NCBI GenBank assembly: GCA_028534125.1
Contig: CM052816.1
Location: 99,822,001 to 99,886,000 of the forward strand
DNA length: 64,000 nt
Direction of reading: 5' to 3'
Source: Lama glama
Lineage: Eukaryota
Positions within the stretch are counted from its first letter, which is position 1, and each line of letters starts with the position of its first letter. This document shows positions 37,741 to 51,149 of this stretch, in pieces. The notes under the pieces were generated by a model. It was not told the origin of the DNA, did not search any database, and saw nothing but the letters and a program-made list of their open reading frames with translations. Position numbers and translations under genes: made by a program.

Positions 37741-38954
37741 ATCAGAGGGCATTTCTGAGCTGAAGGGGCAAGCCCAAATCTCTCCAGGTCTGCAGACTGA
37801 CGAGCGGTCAGCAGCCACACTACCACTTGCAGCAGAGCAGGCACTGAAACTGGGCACCTCAGCCGTTGTCACATCCGTGTGCATGTCCAGGAGCCAAAAG
37901 GGCCCACGCACCCCACTCTCGTCAGTGCTTCCGTGAGCCGGGCATGGTGCTCGCGAGCACCTCCCACACGGGTGATGTCCTGCCCACTTCAGGTGACACT
38001 CAGAAGGGCATTCTCTTCCCCAGGAGCCCTTCGCTTCTGCCAGGTTCATGACAGGGACTCGGATCTGCCCCATGGCCGGGCATTCCAGACTCTGATCTCT
38101 GCGTCCGCCTCCGACGCCTGCGCGAGGATGCCCGAGGCTCCTCAGTAAAATAAGGGGTTGCTTTCCCCCATTGAAATGGAAATTAGTTTCCTAAATGTTT
38201 ACCTTTAAACTTTATTAGTTAGAGCTAATTAAAATATTTAGGATAAAACTAACAAACTGAAAAATTTCTACTGTGAAGCAAAAATCAGTTTATTTGGCAC
38301 CCGGACCATGACACTCAGAGGAAGCAGGGCTCCTTGGAGGAATGGCCGAATCCAGGTCTGGATAAGCCGAGGACAAGACGAGCCTGTGCTGTGAGAGGAA
38401 GGATGCCACTCTGGGGCCAGGTCCAAAGGACACAAGAGCCAACTTGAAGTGGCTCCTGCGGGCTGAAGATTGGCCACTTTGGCCTTATGTGATGCTGGCC
38501 TTGTTCACCCCCTTCCTTCCTACCCCTGCGCCTTCCCCAAGAAGTCATAACCGTCTGTAAGTCTGCTGCGCTCACAGCGCTGTCCCGAGCTCGCCTCCTG
38601 CCTGCAGCGCAGAGCGCCATGACCTTCCTCTCCACCGCGGCACTCCAGTGGGTGAGGCGTAGGCACTGATTCTCACGTGTCATCCATTCCGCAGCTCCCG
38701 GGATAGCAAGTTGCCTGTACTCCACGCTCGATGATTTTTAAGGACCAACCTGCTCTCTGAACGTGGGTCCCCACAACTTGGATGCAGAGCTTGCAGGGGT
38801 CATCGCTGCACGAGGGACTTGGGACCATCAGCTCCCTCTGAAGGACTTCTTCCTGCCCTCCGTGATCATGTTAGCTCGCCTCCCGGTCACCAACTGCAAA
38901 CAAACTGTTAACTGACGTGCGTCACTGACTGTCAGACACAATAGAAAAATTTTA

Positions 38955-39405
38955 AAAATGAAATAGTGCCATTTGCAACAACACGGGAGGCCCTAGAGGT
39001 GACCATATTAAGTGAAGTCAGTCAGACAAAGGCAGATCTCATATGATATCACATATGTGGAATCTAAAGAAAAAAGATACAAGTAAATTTATGCGAGCCA
39101 GAAACAGACTCACAGACAGAAAACAAACCATGGTTACCAAAGGGGAGCGAGGTAGGTGGGGAGGGATCAATTAGGAATTTGGGATTTGCATCTGCAAATT
39201 TTATACACACTACTGTGTATAAAATAGATAAACAAGGTCCTACTGTAGAGCACACGGAACTGTAGTCAATAACGTATAATAACCTATAATGGAAAAAATC
39301 TGAAAAAGAATAGATTTATATATATGTATGATTGAATCACGTTGCTGTACACCTGAATCTAATACAACATTATAAATCAACTACACTTCAATTGAAAGAA
39401 AAAAA
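38955..39405 (+). mobile_element. 5'-truncated L1 3' end (artiodactyl-type)
   Basis: AATGAAATAGTGCCATTTGCAACAACA...AAGTGAAGTCAGTCAGACA...TGTGGAATCTAAA...ACAACATTATAAATCAACTACACTTCAAT plus an A-rich tail. Confidence 0.93.
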
Positions 39406-40800
39406 GTTCTAGTTGGCATGAAAAATGTATGTTTCCGGGGTCCTTTGCAGGGCTCTGAGGAGGCAGTAGGGGGTCTCCGCGTGCTGAGCTGGCTCCTCCG
39501 TACGCAGACGCACCCCTGGCACCAGCAGACTCTATCCATAGCCGTAAGTTTGCTGGTGTCACTGGTGCTCATACATGTACGCCATGATAAAGCGGACCAC
39601 AGAGCACTTGCCAATCAGAGCTGTCAAAAAGCTACAGCCAAGAATTTTCAAAAAGAGACCATGGGTGTTTTTAGCTGAAAGAGGAAAAATTAAAGAGAAG
39701 CCAGTCTGGGTCACCCTAATTTTATGAGCGCTTCCCCCGGGAGGGCTGGGACTGGTGGAGTGACACAGGAGACACCAAGCTCGGGGTGGGTGGAGACGCC
39801 GGTTTGGTTTAAGCCTACACCAAACGTTCAGTGGTTGAAAACATCACTAAATAGGCAATTTCATTGTTGGTCCCCAAACCTCAACCATCTGAAGTCTGTT
39901 ACGCAGACCCAGCCACAATTATCAAGTCCATCCTCAGACGCATTTTTTTCTTTCAAAGCAAAATATGTTCAAGCTTCTCTCGGAGGGATTTATGTTCAAA
40001 TCGTGTATCACTTTGGCCTCCCTTCTGGAACTCCCTAAGCGCTCATTTTTCCTCATTTCATTATAACTGTCAGACTCAACTCCCCCGTAAGGAGTTGTGA
40101 CAGTCAACAAAGGAAAGGTTCAGAGCGTCAGAGCCGGCGCCTCTCATGTTCTGTTGGGAGGGCCTGGCAGCCGGGCAGTCTTTGTGCTAAACAACCAAAA
40201 ATGCGACATTTAAGTGGGGACAGATGCCTGCCTTTCTGATACAATAGACGCCGGGCACCACCACCAGAAATCCGCTGGGCGCGCAAGTAGCGCTACAGGT
40301 CACTGTCCCCAGCGACCCCGATCCTCTGATGGCGACGTACGGCCTCACCGACGACCTGACAGAGCAGCCCGCTGCCCTCGCGCCACACAGACCCCGGGGC
40401 CAACAGAGTGATTTCACCCATGATACAAGCAGCCTCTGAGAAAATCAAGTCAAATCACAGAAACCCGTGCTGCAGACACAGCCACGGCCGGGGCTGACGG
40501 CTTCCATCCACGGAAGTCGCCTTCTAGTCCAGGAAAACTCACTGACGGTGCAAAGCCGGGGGTTGGTGTGCAGCCCGTGACAGCCCACAGAGGTCGCTCA
40601 TGGTCACAGACCCCTGTGTTTCCAGAGAGACGGTTGTGGGAGAAAATGACGCCGGGAACAGCCAAACTTAGGAGGCACGAGTTAAGCCTACAGGTAATGC
40701 TTGCTTCGCTCACACATCCACAGTGACGCCCTCTGGTCCCGACGCTGTTGGCCAATGAGCAAGTCTATCATGAGAAAACAGCCAATTAAAGAGGCGTCCT

Positions 40801-40950
40801 GGGGAGGCTGTCGCTCAAGCGGTAGAGCACGTGCTCAGCACGCACGAGGTCCTGGGCTCCATCCCCAGTGCCTCCATTAAAAACCAATTAAATAAGTAAA
40901 TGCAATTACTTCCCCCTGCAAAATTAATAATAACAATTTTAAAAAAAAAG
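40801..40950 (+). mobile_element. tRNA-Ala-derived SINE (camelid Vic-1-like)
   Basis: GGGGAGGCTGTCGCTCAAGCGGTAGAGCACGTGCTCAGCACGCACGAGGTCCTGGGCTCCATCCCCAGTGCCTCCA plus an A-rich tail. Degenerate TSD AAAGAGGCGTCCT (40788-40800) / AAAGATATGTCCT (40947-40959). Confidence 0.9.
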
Positions 40951-42599
40951 ATATGTCCTTGCCTTTGCCCTTTGAACTGCTTAAAGACTCAACGACCATT
41001 TGATTAGAATGTGCGCTGAGGGTGAGAAAGCCGAACAACCAGGAGGGGGCAAGACGGTCTGCACGGAAAACCCAGAGGCCGAACCCCCTGCACAGAAAGC
41101 TCAGCCTCGCTGTCATCGCGCCCTGCTCTGAGCTCAAGAGTGTACAATCTGAATATTCTTAGGAGACCATTTTTTTTTCCAGAATAATAAGCTAGGTGGA
41201 CGTGAAGACATGAGTCACAATAATTCTGATGTTAGAAATTACTCTCTGAAACAACTTCTTTAAAAAACTAAGGCTGTTTGAGGTCATTTTATCCATTAAG
41301 CTTTTGCTATTACGAGTCAGTAATCCCCATCTTTCTTCCTCTCCCTGCTAGAGACAAATTCTCCATTGCTCTTAGTTCTAGTGCATTAAAATGCATCATT
41401 ATTTTAATATTCATCAAGGAATTTATTACCTATTTCTGGAAGCAAATACCAGCTGGGGACGGGAAGGGAGTAAGGACAGTGTGCAAATGGGCTGTTCCCT
41501 GAATGACCCTGGTCACCACTGTGGGGCATTTCCGCCTGTCTCCTGGTCGTCCTGAGTGGCCCCTCCTCGTCCAGGAGGCTGGAATTCTTGATGGTTTCCT
41601 TTGGCAGGGATGTTTCTAATAAGAAGATGTTTTCGTCAGAAAATTTCCAGCACACCTTCGTGTTACTCCTTAGAAGCAAATTATGGTACAGTTGCTACAC
41701 CTTCAATCACAGTCAATCCCACCCGTTTGCTCTCAGAAAAGGGCTAACGAGCTGAAAGTGCAGGTTTCCCCCATGCTCCCCATGCACAGGAGGCTGGCTG
41801 TTTGGAAAGCGACCTCCCTTCACACAACCTAACACAAGAGACCCTGGATGACAGTCACAAGGAGGCCTCCTCTCTGAGGCTTTTGTGGCTTCAGGAATCC
41901 ACGCTAAACTGTGAGATAAAAGGATTTGCTTCACATTGTTTTGAAACTGTGCTGTTTCCCAGTAGCGAGTGTATAAACTTCATTTTCTGTTTTCTTTTTT
42001 TAAACTGGTTCCTGCCAATCCAAAATCACGGCAAGAAAGAAACATGAGGTCTAGGTGTTCCTAAGAAGCCGTCCTTTTGTGGAAAGCATTCATACAGAGC
42101 AGAAGTGCAAAGGGGGTCCTCCTGAGGGGGCGCTGGGAGGAAGCTGGAAGGTGCTCCATGGGTGAGGAAGCACCCCGCTCAGCCCAGCGGGAGGCTGGAA
42201 GGGGACTGTGCTTGGAGCGCAGGAGATCCGCTAGGTGTGTCCCAAGGTGGTGCGCGGAGGACGGCTCACTACCAAGGATCTTCCAGGGAGGAAGGAGCGC
42301 GTACTGCGTTCTGATCACAGCCCCGGTCACTCTGCGGGGACCTGGGTGCTCAGGGGTCCGCACTCCCCACTGGACAGCAGGCACAGACGAGAGTGACAGT
42401 GCGACCCCGTCCTGTCCCACACCAGCACCGTGACTGCCACCAGCAAGGAAATGAATGACTGGATGAATGGCTTTCGGTTTTCCCACCTTGATTTATGTGC
42501 TATTTTATAAGCTGTCTTGCTCACATAAACAGCACGTCCCGGTGGTTTGGGAACTTGGTATCTGTCTCCAAGGGCCCTGCAAGCCCCACAGACAGCCCG

Positions 42600-42946
42600 C
42601 TGGGCTGGGCTCCCAGGGTGGCCCGCACTGCAGAGGTTTGTCCTCTCACAGCTCTGGAGGCCTGAAGCTCAAGATCGAGGGGCCAGGAGGGGGCTGCCTT
42701 CTGAGACAGCTGTCCTCTCCCTGCGTCCCGCATGGTCGTCCCCCGTGAATGCCTGTATCTTATCCTCTTCTTACAAGGACACCCATCAGATTGAACCAGG
42801 GCCCACCCATATGCCCTCATGGCTACCTTCACGACCTCCTTAAAGATCCTGTTTCTAAGTGCAGTTGTGTTCCGAGACGATGAGATTAGGACTCAGCGTC
42901 TGCAACGTGTGGATCTGGAGCCGGGGACATGTTCAGCCTGTATCAC
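42600..42946 (-). mobile_element. MaLR LTR, MLT1B-like
   Basis: TCTCACAGCTCTGGAGGCCTGAAG.TCAAGATC...CCTCTTCTTACAAGGACACC..TCAGATTG...AGGGCCCACCC...ACCTCCTTAAAGA.CCT...TTAGGACT...TTCAGCC. Confidence 0.8.
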
Positions 42947-45330
42947 CATCTTCTGCTTTCCGAACTCTGAGTATTTTCTTTTCATTGGCAATAAATTATT
43001 CCTGATCAGTTCTGAGAGGCCAGGAGTGAAAATGCCTCCTGTGGCCGCCTCCGACGGAGCTGCAGACAAAGGTCTACTCAGAAAAACGCAGTCTTTCCTC
43101 CAAGTAATCGCCCGCTGCTTCCTTCAGAAACTGCTCTAATTCAGCTACAAATTTATTTCTTTTACAGTACTTCTGGTTACAAATAGATGCCTATTCTGAA
43201 ACAGAACTTTAAAAATTAATAACGTCTTTAAGTAGAAGACTTTACAGGTTTTAAAACATAAATTTAAAGTGTTTCCATGACATAGGGTAATAACTCTCTG
43301 AAGTGAGAATGGAACCACTGAGTCTCAGCTCCCCTCCGTGTAATTCCCGGCGACACACGCACACAACGTTTATAACATATTTCAGAAGCAACGTTAATAC
43401 TTCATCAAATCCGAAGCAAATAGCCTTTCAATCCGTATTATTAAAATCCTAACAGTTGCTATTACACTGCAGGTTAAAGGCAACGATAAACCAGGTGGAA
43501 ACAGGCCCATTCATCTCCACCCAGAGTGTGCGTGTTCTCAGCGGTATCGCTGAGCCGTCGGCTCCCTGACAGCCCTGCTCCCGAGACTGCTCATGTTTAT
43601 TGCATATCTTTATGGAGAAAGTTAAAAATATTATGAGTGAAATCTTAATAGACTACAGCCTGGCAAATCTCTAAGAAGGGAAGAACTGTTAGGAGAACAT
43701 TGTTTCAAGGATCAGAACTATGGGAGGTGGTGAAAACTCAGAGTGACGTCTGAGTGTGCCAGCTACAGGCTGGCAATGCCAGGGACCCTCGTGTCGAAGT
43801 TCAGCCCCGCAATGTCAGAACCTCATGGTAGTGTGTGATCGAGAAAGGTGACCCAGTGGTGAGTGGAGGGAGGCATCACACAGTTATAAAAACAATCCCA
43901 AAAGAGCTTTTTTACCTCTGAAAAATAAGTCACCTGTGGTACGTGTTGCGCCTGATGAAATGCTGTAATACTGGGTGTGCTTTTTTTTATCTCATAAGCT
44001 ATTTCGGGGAGACATCTGTCTTCTTTTAAAAGACATTTTAGCTTTATGCAAAATATGTCTCAACTCAACCTTTAAAAGTTAGCATATTTGATTTTCATTC
44101 TCATTATAAATGCATGAGTAAATGTGTGTTTGTCTATATGTATCTCCACAATCAAAAAATTAGCTAGTAGTCACTTTGATGGTACAAAGATGAGTAATAT
44201 TTAAGGTAAGTTAAAGCAAAAGTCGATATATTTTTTCCATCTTTTGAATTTTGAGTTGCTTGCATCAACTATTTAGTTTTTCAATTGCAACTTTTTTAAT
44301 GTGATTCATTTAATTAATTTAACTAATTTAATGTGGCTTATGTGGCCCCTTCAGAAACTGCACTTTGGTACACGTACGTGTGTAACGGATGAAACACACA
44401 GCTGGATGAGAATGTCTGTGGACAAGCTGGGGGCTGCTGTCATTATTTACCTGGAAACCACACGGCATCCGCTTTCCATTAGCACTGGGTGTTGTTCCAA
44501 ACATTTTTAGAATTTGTAATTTAGACTCGTCCCCAGAGCCTGCCTCATATCCAAAGAAAGTAAACATTTGTAGAGTGCCTGCCCCATGCCAGACAGTGTA
44601 AAAAGCACAATGTAATTGCAATTTATTTACCCAATCCTGGAGAATTGTCATTTGTTTTCCGCCTGTTTGTTTGTTTCCATTTGGTGGTAAGTTCGTGTTG
44701 TTATTATATTTTTACAGATAAAAAGGCTGGGCTTGGATGAGATTAAGTGATATAAATTACCTCGGGGGTTTGCAGACTCCAATGTAGGAAGATGCATTTG
44801 GATTTGGGGAGCCATTCAGAGCCTCGTCTGTTAACGGATGTGGTAACCAAACTGGCGAATTCTGTAAACTTGATTTTTTTAAGTTGTTCTAAAATGCACT
44901 GCTGCACGTTCACAAGGCAGGCTTCATGCCAACCCCCCACATCTGAGGTCGTGCCCCCGTGTGGACATCCCCGGTTCTGTGACTTTCAGCATCTCAGGCT
45001 GCCTGTCAAGGAGCCCTGGGCCTGCCCGGTCCACGCAGTGCACAGGGCAGGCTCTGGTCTGTCTCATTGTCCCTCCCAGGCCCGCATCCACGGCCATGTC
45101 CTTCCTTGCACGTGATTGCTGCTTCTCCTATTGTCCCTCTACTTGTTTAAGTTCTTTCAAAGTAACTACCTTAGTCAGTCCCCAACTTTAAAGAGGCCCC
45201 TTGAACCCCATGCCCTCTATCTTGTGGGTGCAGATCCGTTATGCCCTCAAACTTTGCCCCAAAGCGTTAACATTGAAAGATAGCACTGCTTGGACCCTGT
45301 AAGTACTGATTACTTGAAAACTGGCTCAGC

Positions 45331-45438
45331 GTGAGAGGGTGTGGCTCAGTGACTGGGTGCACGCCTAGCACGCACGGGTCCTGGGTCCAATCCCCATGCC
45401 TCCATAACAATAAAAAAACTTAACATAAACATTTTTAA
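45331..45438 (+). mobile_element. Degenerate Vic-1-like SINE
   Basis: GAGGGTGTGGCTCAGTG...GCCTAGCACGCACGGGTCCTGGGTCCAATCCCCATGCCTCCA plus an A-rich tail; aligns to the other two copies. Confidence 0.8.
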
Positions 45439-47254
45439 AGGACTCAAAACTACATATGAACCCTCCATATCAAATAAACACATTGTGCTGTGTTGAATTA
45501 GAAATTCAAAAGTTTAAATTAAGGCTCTTACAAGTGAAGTGGCAGACGGATAACTCACTCGGAACTAAGAGCAGAAGGCTGACGTGGAGATGTCTTTGGA
45601 AATGTGTTTCCCTCACCTCCTACTTCTGTCCACCTGAGAACCACAAGCCCAAGACCAGAGAGGTCTTGGCTCTCCCCACGCCCCTGCCGGGAGGGTCAGG
45701 GCCCGGCTCACAGGACGCGGCCTGAGCCGCTGGGGCAGAGGGAGGCGGAGCGGCTCCCCGAGCCGTCAGGGCTGCCACGGGCCAGTTCCGTGCCGGGGAC
45801 CCCACCTGGGAAGGGTCTGGACCTCCGTCTCCCATCCTAGGTTTTGGGAGGGGGTGCATTCTGTCTCCCCCAGCGTCTTGCGAGAGGTGTTCTCTGATTC
45901 CTTCCACCCTGAGTCCCTTTTCTGGAGGCATGATTCCAATTAGCTCCTCAAGGCAGAAAGTGTGGTGTGCAGTTTGGCCTCAGCCCCGCTCCCACTACAC
46001 ACGTCTCTTGTGAGGCCGCCGGCTTGCATGTGTTCACCCGGACACTCTAGTGGTCTGATGGGACCTCCCTGCTTTACACCGGCCACAGACAGAGTCCTCC
46101 CCTGGAAACACCACCTCCACTTAGTCTTAAGCCCACAAAACACCACGGAGGAGAGAGAAAGCGCCCTGCAGCATGAAGGTTTCCTCTCAGCCTTTCTCGA
46201 CCTTGAGCACGCAGCCGACCTGTGATGCTCTCCACAGCCCGCGGGACAGTAGAGAGTCAAGCACGCCCTCCGCCAGCCCCGAGCGAATTTAGTGCCCCGG
46301 GCTCAGGAACGTGGCGGGGAGGCGGTGGTGTCACTGGCAGGTCCACGTCACTATCAAGACGCCCCAAGGGGGGCAGCTCACCCCCCACCCAGGCACAGCA
46401 TCACCCACAGGCCAGACGGAGATCTGGACGGATCCTAAGGAGGTCCCGCCCAGTGTAAACCCGGGGGGCCAAGCTCTTAACCAAGCTTTTATGTTACGTT
46501 GTGTTGTGTTGTGTTGTCTTCCACCACAAATTGGATGACCTCACAGCCCGAGCCTGCCTTCAATGTAGGCTCAGGGGAATCCTTGTGTTCCAGCCCCTCT
46601 GCCCTGGATCCAGGTCCGGGGCAATGTTCCAGGGCATCCAGAAGGAATCTGAGTTCATCCTGGACCACTGGAAATTGATCGACTTGGTAAGTCCAAAGCC
46701 CACCTTGTCCTCAAGAGCCCCTGGATTCTAACACCTGTGTCTCAGCAGGTGACGAGACTAAGATGGACACCTGTGACTAAGATGGACACCTGTGACCCAG
46801 ACAAGACATCTGCATGTCACACACGCCTACCCTAGAGGCCTGTCATTCCACAAGAAACAGTCACAGGGACTCACAATTGATTTAAAAACCATGGTGCCTG
46901 GAGGTTGGAGAAGGAAGATACAGCATGAGGAACAGGTGAGGAAGGAGCAGGGCTTCAGGCTTCCTGGAGCCACGGAGACGTGCAGGTCGGGGAGGAGAGA
47001 CCCCCTCCTGAGGCAGGTTTGCCCAAGGGAGGGTTTGTTGAGCCTGGAATTGATACCCCAGGGCTGCTTTCTGAAAATCCTGGGGTGGCTCCAAACCTGA
47101 ATGGCTACCTGTTCTGTCCGCTGACCAAGGCGAGCTGCAACAGGGCTCTGTGGACAAAAGCCCTGTGCTTAGTTATGTTCTGGTTCTTCTGTCAAACACT
47201 GACATGACAGCCTCTAGGCTCCAGACACTCCTCAAAGGGCTAGCCTGTGTGGGA

Positions 47255-47365
47255 GGCATCCCCATTCTACAGATAAAGAAACTGAGGCACAGGGAGCTCA
47301 CACAACTACTGGGTCAAAGATCAGGAATTCAAGCCCAGACAGTCTGTCTCAGCATCTCAGCGCTT
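47255..47365 (-). mobile_element. MIR core fragment
   Basis: ATCCCCATTCTACAGATAAAGAAACTGAGGCACAG...CAGGAATTCAAGCCCAGACAGTCTG. Confidence 0.8.
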
Positions 47366-49187
47366 CACCGGGACCCCGCGGAGCCCTGGCACAAACGTCC
47401 GGAGGCCAGGGATGAACCCTGAGGGGAGAGCAGGCTGGCTGCCTGCAGAGCCTCTTTCCTGCCCACTGGAGCCGCCACGGCATCAGTCTGCATGTCTGCT
47501 CACATCTGCCCACCCGGGGGACAGCCCGGCGGCCTCACCTGGCGGGTCCCTGGGCCTAGCCTGGCACTTCCTGCCAGCTGAGGCTCCCAGCATGGGGCCT
47601 GCCTCCTGGACAGGCAGTACTGGCTTTACGGGGAGAATGTTTTAAAGAGAACAAAAGTGTCCATGTGAGTGTGCGATTTATACTTCGGGGGCTGGAAGGC
47701 TGTTCCATTTTCTCCCCACTTACGGCCCAGAGCGCACTCAAGTAATACTTCTATTCAGTGGGAGCAAATAGATTCACCCTAAAGGAGAGTCTGACTCAGG
47801 ACGGAAGAGCCACAATTCATGGCATAAGGCATCTTAAAACATAGAATCAAGTGATTTAGAAATAAATGGGCAAACCATCAAATACCTAATTTACTGAATC
47901 AGGAAGAGATATAATTTGGGTTCTTAAAACCTAAGACCCACAGCAAATGCTCACCAAATGGAGAACGGTTTGCAAGTGCAGGGGGGTCTCACGCTAGCGT
48001 TTGAATCACGTGAGTAGGTTCCTCTGGTGACGCATGCTGCCCACCTCCCTTCCTGATCAGTGAAGCTAGTGGACGGCCTTTCTGCGTCTGCAGAAAGCGC
48101 CGAATGGAGCAGTGAAGGGGAGGAATGTGGCCCTTGCGGTCGGGGAGCGTCAGAGCGTCCTTCCGGGCAGGGCCTCCACACTGACACTGGTCACACCTCC
48201 ACCTGCCTGACCACCCCCAGGAAACGGTTTTGTGGTTTGGGCTCCATTCCTGGGAGGCAGAGCTTCCACCCCAAAGGGCTTCCTGGGCTCTCGTCCTGAG
48301 CCCCTGCGGAGAGGGGACGGGATAAAGGAACACAAGCTTTCGGCTCTGGAGCCTCCAGGCACAGTCTCCATGGGGCAGCGTGTAAATGTGTCAGGAGAGA
48401 CCCCACACCGAGGCATTCTGAGGCTGGACAAAAGGCTTCCATTTTAATGGCACCTTTCATTAAAATTTCCTTTAAGGAAAAAGAGATATTTCAATGCTTG
48501 AAAGATTACAGACCACCTCTGCACCCGCCTTTGGACATGCATGAAGCTTGTTAATTACCTCGCAAGGTCACGGTTGCATCGGCAATAAAGTTCGCTCCGT
48601 GTGGGCAACCTGATTTTAGAAATCTCTTTAAACTGATGAGGAAGAGCAGGAGGGGCCTGGAACCAAAGCTTCCGGGACATCCCACATTTTTCTGATTTTG
48701 TGAGGTTCATTGCACCTGACCCACCGCCTTGGCACGGATTCACTCCGTCTGTGTGGACTTCCATCCTCACGCCAGCTCTGAAGGCAAAGCAGAGGTTTGC
48801 TGTGCGCCATAAATATGTAACAGAGAAGCTGTGCTGGCTGGCTGAGTGTTCCAGGCTTAATGACAGTTCTCAAGACGTGAGCTGCGCAGATCCGAGATAC
48901 CACAGGTGCCTCCGTCACCAGGCCACAGTCACCCTCCTGTGGACTTCGTTTGAATATTTCAGCATCTAAGCCATTTGCATGTGTCCAAGGCTAACCCAAG
49001 CCTGGAATCTCTGAGTCAGTGCTCCTCACAAACCTGGCTTTGGAATCACAAAGGGAAAAAAAGTCAAAGCGGAGACCAACTGAAAAGGCTCTTACAGGGT
49101 ATCTGGCCACTCCAAGGGCAGAAAGACCCCATCAGAAACGAAACTGCTCCCAGCCTTCCAAGTCGGGCACCAGACGAAAGCGTGTGC

Positions 49188-49751
49188 CGAGCTACACACC
49201 GCGGCCGAGCACAGGAGACACAGAGCACGGCTGGAGGCGCGGAGCAGGGCTGCAGAGTCTGTGTCTGCGGACGGCTCGTGGGGGACTGTAAGCCGGCGGC
49301 AGACCTTACCACTGTGAACCCCTAGCTTCTGGGCTGACAAGTGTCCTGGAGGCAGAGGGTTGCGACAGGACAGGAATCCCCACCATCCAAATGCAACCTG
49401 TCTATCATTATGACCTCCATCCAACTGTAAGCTTTTGCTTATGATACCCCCATCGGAATGTAATAAGGTAGGAAAGTCCCTCCTCGCCCCCTGGGAAGAT
49501 GGGTCTGGGACGAAGATCAGGAAAGAGGACCCCAAACCCCTCCCACCAATGAATACTCTGCCCGTTCATTTTTACACTCCCTTAACAAGCTTGCCAAGGA
49601 AGCTCGGGGCAGCCACCCACCTGGGTCTGCCCGCTCTTCCCTTGAGGGCGTACTGCCTGTCCCTTAGTAAATCCTTGCTTTGCTTTCTCAGCCTCCACGT
49701 CTTCTCTCTGAAGTCTTTCTGCAGCAAGACAAGAGGTTCTCGACCCCAACA
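49188..49751 (+). mobile_element. ERV solo LTR (probably ERV1 class)
   Basis: CCAAT at 49546, polyA-like AGTAAA at 49666, U5-like TGAAGTCTTTCTGCAGCAAGACAAGA and terminal CCAACA at 49751. The 5' boundary is inferred from a possible GTGC/ATGC TSD. Confidence 0.65.
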
Positions 49752-51149
49752 ATGCTATTAAAAACATAAGGATAAGAAGAAATGTCTTCTATATTTTAAT
49801 AAGCCATTCTAAGTGTGTTTATCAGACCTCAGTTTTAACTTCTCAAGAATGGAATTGATTCTGGATTGGTTTCCGTCCAAGTTAATCGCAGTTTCATTGC
49901 TGGCTCTTACCCGCTCCGGCTCCCCAGACTGTAGCAGACACTACAGAACAGCGCTCATCTAACTGACGCGACGGGTTCTTACCTTGTGCAAGTTCTGTTC
50001 ATTGTAACAGGCGTAATTGATTGGTAAGGTGAGTTTGAGTTGGCACTAGTGTCTGAAGGGTTTGGAAGTTCAGGATGAAAGCGGAATGTAGGACAGGATG
50101 GAGGGTCCAGTCCCCTCCGGGCCAGTGCACAGGGCGACAGGGCACTGACCTGTGCGTGGAGAGGCACCGTCAGGGTGAGGGGGTCGAAGCACCTGCTCAC
50201 TTTAGGAGCTCACCCTACTTCATGTCTCGGATAGAAAAATGAGGCTCAGCTCAGTTACTGACAGGTGTGCAAATGTACTGTAACACTTTTCACTGAAAGG
50301 CACTTATTTACATCCCCAATTTTAAAATGACAAGGGCTCCATCAAATAAAATCAAACCAGATTTGATCTGAAGGCTCTCTGAGATCTCACCACCACCTGC
50401 CATGAGACCTCTCCCCACCATCAGGATAGAGAATTTACTCCAACATGTCATAATTTAGTGAGACAAGCTTCACCCCTCATTTTCCAAAATGGAAATTTTT
50501 CTTCCCAAGCTCTTTAGAAACAGTTCTACACTTACCATGAAAGTTGGCAAGACTCTCCCAACAGGTGTGAGAGTGTCTGGATCAGACATGATTCCATTCC
50601 AACTGGAGTATTCCGATGATGGATGAAACAGTGTATTGTGAGTGTGTGATCAATGGAGAGGCCGGAAACGATCAGAATTTGAAAAAATTTTATGAACTTC
50701 AATCAAATGTTTTCCCATCACGAAAGAAAGGTGAGATATATTGTAAACAATGAATTCAAAAGGCGTTGCCCTGTTCTTGGGTTTTACCTGTACCAGCACC
50801 TGGGCGGAAGGCTGGGGCGGACGCACGGTTCATCTACATGTGGGCGGGTTCTGGTTCCATCTCTTACACACACCTCGACGGGACTGGGTTCTTCTCTGCA
50901 CTCACAGCATCACGGTCTTTGTTGATTTTCTCAGCTCTTTAAATCTTCCATTTGTTTTACAAAATTATAAACAGGAAGAAAGTCAAATGTTAACATACAA
51001 TAATGAAAATCACACAACAAGGCTGCACTTTTTGTGATCACAAGCTCAGCACAGCGTGTCCACTAAGGGCAGACACACGACTGACACCTGCTCCTGAGGC
51101 AGCACAGGAGGACGGGGAAGGAACGAGTCAGCCTCTGATACTGCAGATG

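Noticed and set aside
37285..38073. Long ORFs in GC-rich DNA (262 aa here; also 13846-14574, 3658-4350, 34455-35102)
   Set aside because: Stop-poor GC-rich composition, overlapping ORFs on both strands, read-through of microsatellites and no recognisable domains.
40801..40876. tRNA-Ala gene (also at 45331 and 63597-63672)
   Set aside because: Each is followed by an A-rich tail, two have visible TSDs and the stems are degenerate. These are SINE copies, not tRNA genes.
42118..42136. CTCF-like sites (also about 25815, 35435, 46365)
   Set aside because: Only the GGGGGCGC-like half matches; the 5' half or the spacing deviates from consensus, and such partial matches are common in GC-rich DNA.
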